From Chlorokybus atmophyticus (Eukaryota; Plantae; Mesostigma and Chlorokybus algae), in NCBI GenBank assembly GCA_009103225.1, contig RHPI01002368.1, positions 587,397-651,396 of the forward strand: a stretch of DNA of 64,000 nucleotides, in the 5' to 3' direction. A model generated the notes under the pieces. The model saw only the letters and a program-made list of their open reading frames with translations. It ran no database searches and was not told where the DNA came from. Position numbers and translations under genes: made by a program. Numbering within the stretch: position 1 is the first letter of the stretch; each line of letters starts with the position of its first letter. Shown piece by piece: positions 57,964 through 64,000 of the stretch.

Positions 57964-58528
57964 TGCAATATCGGCGCCTTAACTACTAGGCTACAACAGC
58001 AAACGTTGCTGCCATAGGGGGAGCCATATGCCTCATGTATGTCCCATAACCATACATGTTACATTCCTCCCAACTCATTACCCGTGGGGTCATCGCCGTG
58101 CATGAATCAAACACGATGACTTACCCATGCCATCAACTGAGCTAGCCACGACCTACTTGCGAGCAGTAGGTCGCGCGCCGCAACTGACCCTCATCCCCGT
58201 CCCCATGGGACCGGACCTTTGTCGCTGCGCGCCGATTGCCAATTATTGGACATGGTTGCGACCGCTCAAACGGTCGTAGGTTCATAAGCACCGCCGCTTT
58301 AACGGGTGCAACCCCGCGCGATGCTTATGGTCAATTATTTGCCCATATTTGCCTTTGATTGATTTCACGAAAGCTAGCAGTTCTAACCTTTGTAGGAGTC
58401 GAACCTATGTCGCTAAACTCCGTTACCACTTTAACTTAGGTCCTTAACCACTACGCTACGGCAGCAAAAATCGCTGCCAAGGGGGGAGCCACATGCCCCA
58501 TATATGTCCCATAACCATATATCTTACA
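57964..58528 (-). mobile_element. TRIM-3: 565-bp non-autonomous LTR element, ~100-bp diverged LTRs, inserted in the protease of copy D
   Basis: LTRs 57964-58063 and 58430-58528; PBS TGGTAACGGAG (58428-58418); PPT GGGAGGAA; degenerate 5-bp duplication GATTG/GCCTG at the GL codons of the host. Confidence 0.85.
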
Positions 58529-59471
58529 GCCTGGCACCCAAGCGGGTGATACTGGCCACCGGAGCACAGCATGTCATCATTATCGGGCGCTTCCTCGCGC
58601 GATTTCGTGGCATCACACAGGCTTGGACCTCGTGCCCTGCCCATACGTGTTGCACACGGCGACGGGGAGCCGTGACAAGGTGATGGGAGTCATTAGGGAA
58701 CATTAATGAAGCATTCTGCATTCGTTTGATAGAGCTAGACCCAACCCACACCATGCAGATTAAACAGCAGTGCGTGGTCACCAATGCTAGGTCTTTTTAT
58801 AATGCGCTTGAGCAGGACTTCACCTTTCCCGTAGGCATGGACCTTAACTGCTGAACAGAGCAGGCTTGGCTCCGGCCACATTGCAATGAAGATAATGGAG
58901 AGGGATAGAGCTTCCTGCCTCTTGAATTGGTGTCACGCACGCGCGCCCAACATAAAGTGGCGGCTGCAATCATTCATAATCATGTGCGCATAAGGGAGGC
59001 TGCAGCAGCCACATATGACAGTGCGCATATCAGAGCCGATGCGATTGCGACTGCCCTCTTTTGCACCAACAATGCCGCTCCCTACTAAGGAGCCACAAAT
59101 GCCGCTATTGAGGTGGCATTGCAAGATCCACTCGAACGCCGTTGGCGTTCGCAAGTGGACACGCATTTTTTGTCGACACAACCGCTAAGCACCTTGCGCT
59201 TTAACAACTACAAGGAACATGGCAAGGTGCAAGACCAGCATATGGTAGCCACTGAGGTGGTAGAGTTCCACACCTTCCGGCGACAGCAGGGCATCATAAT
59301 GTAACAGCTGTTCGGAGGCATCGGCAATGGTTTGCTGCTGTCCTCAACACAGGGGTCAAAATCACCAAGTATTACTGCTGTGACCCTGACCCGCACGCAA
59401 AAACAGCTCTCAAGCACCATCTGCGCCAGCTGCACAAGCACTATCCACAACAACTGCCCCATTTGGCATTG

Positions 59472-60084
59472 AGGGAGTCTTCGAAACCACCTGAGCAAGG
59501 TTAGGCGTGGCGTGGAAGAACCTGATGCGACAACTATGAGGAGGAAACAAGGATTATTAAAACCTTGTAGTCCTGCTGGCAGCATGAGGAGAAAGATGGT
59601 GTCATAGAGACAAGCATCAAGTTCGTGGGAGCAACAGATCCGTGGGAGTGTTCAATGGAGTAAGTTAATGTGGGTAAGCTTGCAAAAAGAACTTGGAGTT
59701 CAAGGTCAAGCTGCTCGCGTGGGAGTGTTAAATGTTATAGCTTGTTGCAAGTTTAGGCGGCGCCTACATGTAGTTGGTACGATCAGCTTAACCTTTATAG
59801 TTACAGGAGTTACGAGAGCTACGAGAGTTACGGGAGTTACGGCAGTTATGGTTAACCATTGTCAACTTTGACTTTGACCGTTGACTTTGACCATTGACTA
59901 GTGTTGACTAGAGTTGACTAGTGTTTCATAGCATAGTATATAAGACACTGTATACTGCTTAATATAATGGGTCGCACATTGTCTCTATAGTTGGCGTGCT
60001 TGCTGCACTTGTCCTTAGTGTGTGCACACTTGTATGTAAGAGGCAAACACACACACACTAGGCGTATCACTACCGTTCTCAACA
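59472..60084 (+). mobile_element. 3' fragment of a copia element (PPT + LTR 59726-60084) inside the DNMT domain of copy D
   Basis: GCTCGCGTGGGAG|TGTTAAA matches the PPT/LTR junction of the copia at 35477; TTGACTAG repeats; ends CTCAACA; no TSD (left end deleted). Confidence 0.82.
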
Positions 60085-61843
60085 CAAGGCATCCTCAAGG
60101 CATTGCCACAAGATATTCGAGTAATCACCAATGACCACTTGCTGTCCCTTGGCAACATCGACTTGTTGACAGCTGCATGGGTGTGTGTGCCAAGGTCACT
60201 CCATAGCAGGAAAAAGGCCAAGGTTGTAAGGACCCTCATTTAAGGCTGTTTGGAGAGTTGCTGAGAGTCATCCATCTCCTCCAACAGCACTTGATCTCTA
60301 GGCCGCTCGGGTACATCATTCAAAATGTGCACTTATAGGACGACAAGCGTCCACACGTGGCCTCCAGCGACCAACAGGTGTGCTCCATTCTTTGGCACCC
60401 ACTCAAGGGGAATGCAGTGTGACATAGTTCATGTGCACAACGAGTACGCGCCAAGCGGACAAATTAGGCCACCATAAAGGAGCTCATGACAGCGAATTAC
60501 ACGCGCAGCACTCGACCGCGCGACCTCTTGGTCAATGACATCGTTGACCCCGACCATATAGCCCAACCTGTCACGCTCTTGACCACAGCCACATCTGCCA
60601 GTGCAACCAACCTGGGCAACCGCGCTGCGCACTTCCCACTTTAATGTCCTACTTGAAATCATAAGCCTTCCGCAATAAAAGTGACGATATGGTGTTCGAT
60701 GGCGCAACAGGTCGGCTCGAAAACCCAACGCGCGTGAGCGCGAATGCGCCATGAGCTTCTTCCCCAACAGTATGAGAGGGTCCCAGCTGACCGACAGTTA
60801 ACAGTGTCAGCTACTTGGCCGCGCCATGGACCAAAATAGCATAGTCTGGCTGCTTGAGCTAAGTTTCCCATTGCAGGTTCACCATGTGTTCTTTGAGGAT
60901 CTTGAACACCAAGCTGGGGGGTGGGCTAATCGCATTGCCGACACCAAAGCAGCTCACACAGCCCTCGAGGTGCTCCATATGTAGCAGCAGATAGCAGTTC
61001 AGTGGAAGACATTCCCGTGGTTGCCAATGCAACATTATGGCAACACGCTATTGGCCCTCTCGCCACGAAGGACATATGAGAGAAGCTGAAGGCTCTTCTT
61101 AACAAGTGGAGGAGCCAATTAAGCTTCAACGTAAAAGAGCTGGGTACATGTTCAGTGTACCATGTGGACATTGAGCTGGTGGACACCGAGTCGGTGTCCC
61201 CACGGCAACAGGCTGTTAAATATGGCAGAAGACATGGTGGGATAGAGGTGTAAGGCCCTGCTAGACGTAGGCCTCATTGAGGAGTTCACATTGGACTTTG
61301 CAGTCGCGAAAATCATACCGTTGAAGAAAGACTCAGCAAGCAACGGGATATGGACAGCCCGGCGCATGTGCGGCAACTACCGCCCTCTTAACCCAGTCCA
61401 AACAAGACAGATACCCAATGCCCACAATAGAGGGTATTTTCAACGATGTGAAAGATTGCACAGTAGCATCCTTAACATGCCAACATGCCACAGTGTGCCA
61501 AGGGTACAACCAGATCGCTATCAAAGATGAGAACAAGCACAAGACCTCCTGCAAGGGCAACCAACAGTTGTGCCAATACAAAGTGATGCCGTTCGGGCTG
61601 AAGAAATGCCCCTGCCATGTTCTAGCTCGTCCTGCACAAAGCCTTGAAGGGGCTGGACTTCACGCGGTGTTACATAGGCGACATCCTCATTTTCAGCCGC
61701 AGCAATGAAGAGCACCTACAGCACATTGAGTAGGTGCTGGAGAGGCTCAAGGGAGTGGGGATGACTGTGCACCCTGATAAGTGCACTTTATTTACCCACA
61801 AGGTGTCTTACTTGGGGCACATCATTGTGCCCCACGGTGTATG

Positions 61844-63830
61844 CCATACAAAACGGAGGAAGATGATCACTCTGCTAAGCACGGTTTGTGCCTTGGTGTT
61901 GATCACCAACCCGCACCATGCTGCATCCGCTTTCACCACGGCTAGGGTGGAGGCATGCTTAGCCATTTAGCTGGCAGCAAACATGAAGTCATCAATGTAT
62001 GGCAGAACGCAAATGCCTTGTACACGCCAATGATGGACCAATGGCTTCATCATTTTCGTGAACACAAAGCACGCCGTGCTTAACCCAAATGGCAACGAGC
62101 AAAAGTTGTACACTTTGCCCGCAAATGAGAACCCTAAGTAGCCCCAGAAGGCGGGGTGTATGTCCGCATAATGATATCCGGACTTCAACTCTGTGGAGAA
62201 CAACCAGTCCTCAGGCTGCAGCATGTTTGGGATGCTGCGCACATCCTTACACTTGAACGGCGTTGTCAAAGTAGGAGTTGACATAGTGCAAGTCCATGAT
62301 GAAGCGCAGCTTGCGGACATCATTGACCACGTGGAGTGGGCTCACCATGAGGGGGGTGTCGCGCACTCTTGTGCGGCACCACTATGCACTATGTTGACAA
62401 TGGCAGCCAGTATAGTCCGCAAACTCATGCACACCCTTGTGGTTGGTGAATGCCCAATTTGGGGGTGGGTCAGCAGCCCATAGTAGGTTGGACGCATACT
62501 CCACCCATGAGAGCACCATAGTAGACTCGCGAAAAAATTCATGCCATGCCGGCAGGGCATCACGCAGTTGATGACGCATGTAAGGCCCCTCAACGGTGAG
62601 GTTGGCAGGGACACGAGCAAACTTGTGGTGCTTCATCCAGTCATGCACAAGGTTCTCTTCCATGGCAGTGTAGATCATGGCATACCGCCGTTGTTACTAT
62701 GGGCGCATGCCAGCCCCCCCAACATACGCGTGTGTGCATTGCAACAAGCACACAAACATAACTTTTGCATATGATGCTGAAGTAAAATGAGCACGGGCTC
62801 ATTATAAAGCTCATGGCCTTACGGAGTTAGCCACCAACTTGCATGCATAATGGAGGTCATTAGGGCCTCATGTCTATTGCGACCTTCATCTGGCCATAAC
62901 TTGCTCAACTTATGTTGGAAACTGATTTTATTTTGCTCTGCATGATGCTATCCGCCTCATTTAATTGGTCTATAATATGGGGGTGTTCCGAGACCCCTAG
63001 CAAAAGTTACAAGCAAAATAGCGATTTTGCAAGTTTTGCATCACGAATTTCGCACTTTCATTCATCAAGCTCGCTGCTTGATTCACTAAAGCAGCAGTTG
63101 CAAACACAGAAAGGTGCCCCATCAGACTATAGCATTGTAAAGTGCAAGTGTACGATGAATAGGCTTTCATAGCAGCTGCAGAGCTGTGCTATCACTTAAG
63201 CGGCCGCCACGTCCTGCTGAAGGCTTGCAGCAACAGGCACGCAAGTGCACCGTCTCTCCATGGTTACAGCAAGTGCGAGAGTCGCGTTGGCCCCTCGTAG
63301 AAGCGGCTTGAGATTGCATAAGAGCGGTCTTGTAACTGGTATGCCCCGCACTAGACGCATAGGACCCAGAGTAGCCGGGGGGGGGGGGGGGGGGGGNNNN
63401 NNNNNNNNNNNNNNNNNNNNNNNNNNNNNNNNNNNNNNNNNNNNNNNNNNNNNNNNNNNNNNNNNNNNNNNNNNNNNNNNNNNNNNNNNNNNNNNNNNNN
63501 NNNNNNNNNNNNNNNNNNNNNNNNNNNNNNNNNNNNNNNNNNNNNGTACTGGCCTCGCCCCTTATTGGAAGTGTATACCGCCTTTGCCTTGGGCTTGGGT
63601 TGCGCCGCAGCCGCCTCTTTGATTGCCTTTTTAAGGCGCTTTGCCTCTGCATTGTCCGTAGCTAAAGGGTCTCTCGTGAGCTCCTCCACCACCTTCTAAC
63701 TATGTTTGTTGGCGACTTCTACATGGTGCAACTGCGTACACACCTTGTCCAACGCCGATGCACAGAGTATATTTGAGCAACACTGGTTGCGGGCATTCGG
63801 ACCTTGGATCAAAGCCCGTGGGTTAGCGCC
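61844..63830 (-). mobile_element. Second degenerate DIRS-like element (gag-like ORF and RT)
   Basis: ELKSGYHYADIHPAFWGYLGF..LPFGLSTACFVFTK..PYIDD; gag-like LATDNAEAKRLKKAIKEA; contains an N-gap. Confidence 0.85.
63397..63545. other. Assembly gap (N run) after a poly-G tract
   Basis: Run of N. Confidence 0.98.
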
Positions 63831-64000
63831 AGGCGCACCCACGTTACCATCACCACCTCATAAGTGACATGCCAATGCAAACCTGTTATGCACTTAACCC
63901 TGCTATAAATAGTTACTAATGTGAAGTTAGAGGTGGACATGCAAGGGTGTTAAGTGTGGGTCCTGCCCCCCCACCGGACATGAGGGGAAAAGGGATGCGG

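Larger units (their letters stand above)
55386..61843 (+). mobile_element. Heavily decayed DNMT-gypsy copy D (gag C-term, PR, DNMT, RT), interrupted by TRIM-3 and a copia fragment
   Basis: Collinear with copy A: ARKEEPGYKGKNRPPQ, QGDTTQRGGAGMVGEQQLRTALIRQ, EFHTFRRQQGI, KALPQDIRVITNDHLLSLGNIDLL, GMTVHPDKCT. Confidence 0.92.

Overview
Eukaryotic scaffold with spliceosomal introns and the standard code, most likely from a green or streptophyte alga (inferred from plant-like spermidine synthase, AAACCCTA telo-boxes and the TE repertoire). It has two N-gaps and several single-N breakpoints. The first ~10.5 kb holds two convergent host genes: an 8-exon spermidine synthase (+) and a secreted NIDO/PKD-domain protein (-). 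The remaining ~53 kb is a transposon nest whose insertion order can be read from target-site duplications (TSDs): chromovirus within chromovirus; DIRS-like YR element <- Ty1/copia (TSD GTGTT) <- near-intact Ty3/gypsy (TSD TAAG). It also holds three TRIMs, a Sola2-like transposase, a decayed PHD/MTase-like gene and a second DIRS. Three highlights. (1) The near-intact 10.1-kb gypsy (25330-35449, -) encodes gag-PR-DNMT3-like C5 methyltransferase-RT-RH-IN-PHD in one frame with only two stops; DNMT-bearing gypsies are known from charophytes. (2) This element has TG..CA ends and a clean 4-bp TSD but no duplicated LTR; its two ends share only two 15-nt motifs, plus a 15-bp inverted repeat resembling a self-priming site. 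(3) Three unrelated TRIMs each carry a tRNA-like Pol III promoter split across the 5' LTR/PBS junction, with the PBS sitting where the anticodon loop would be. All alignments were made by eye; no database searches were run.
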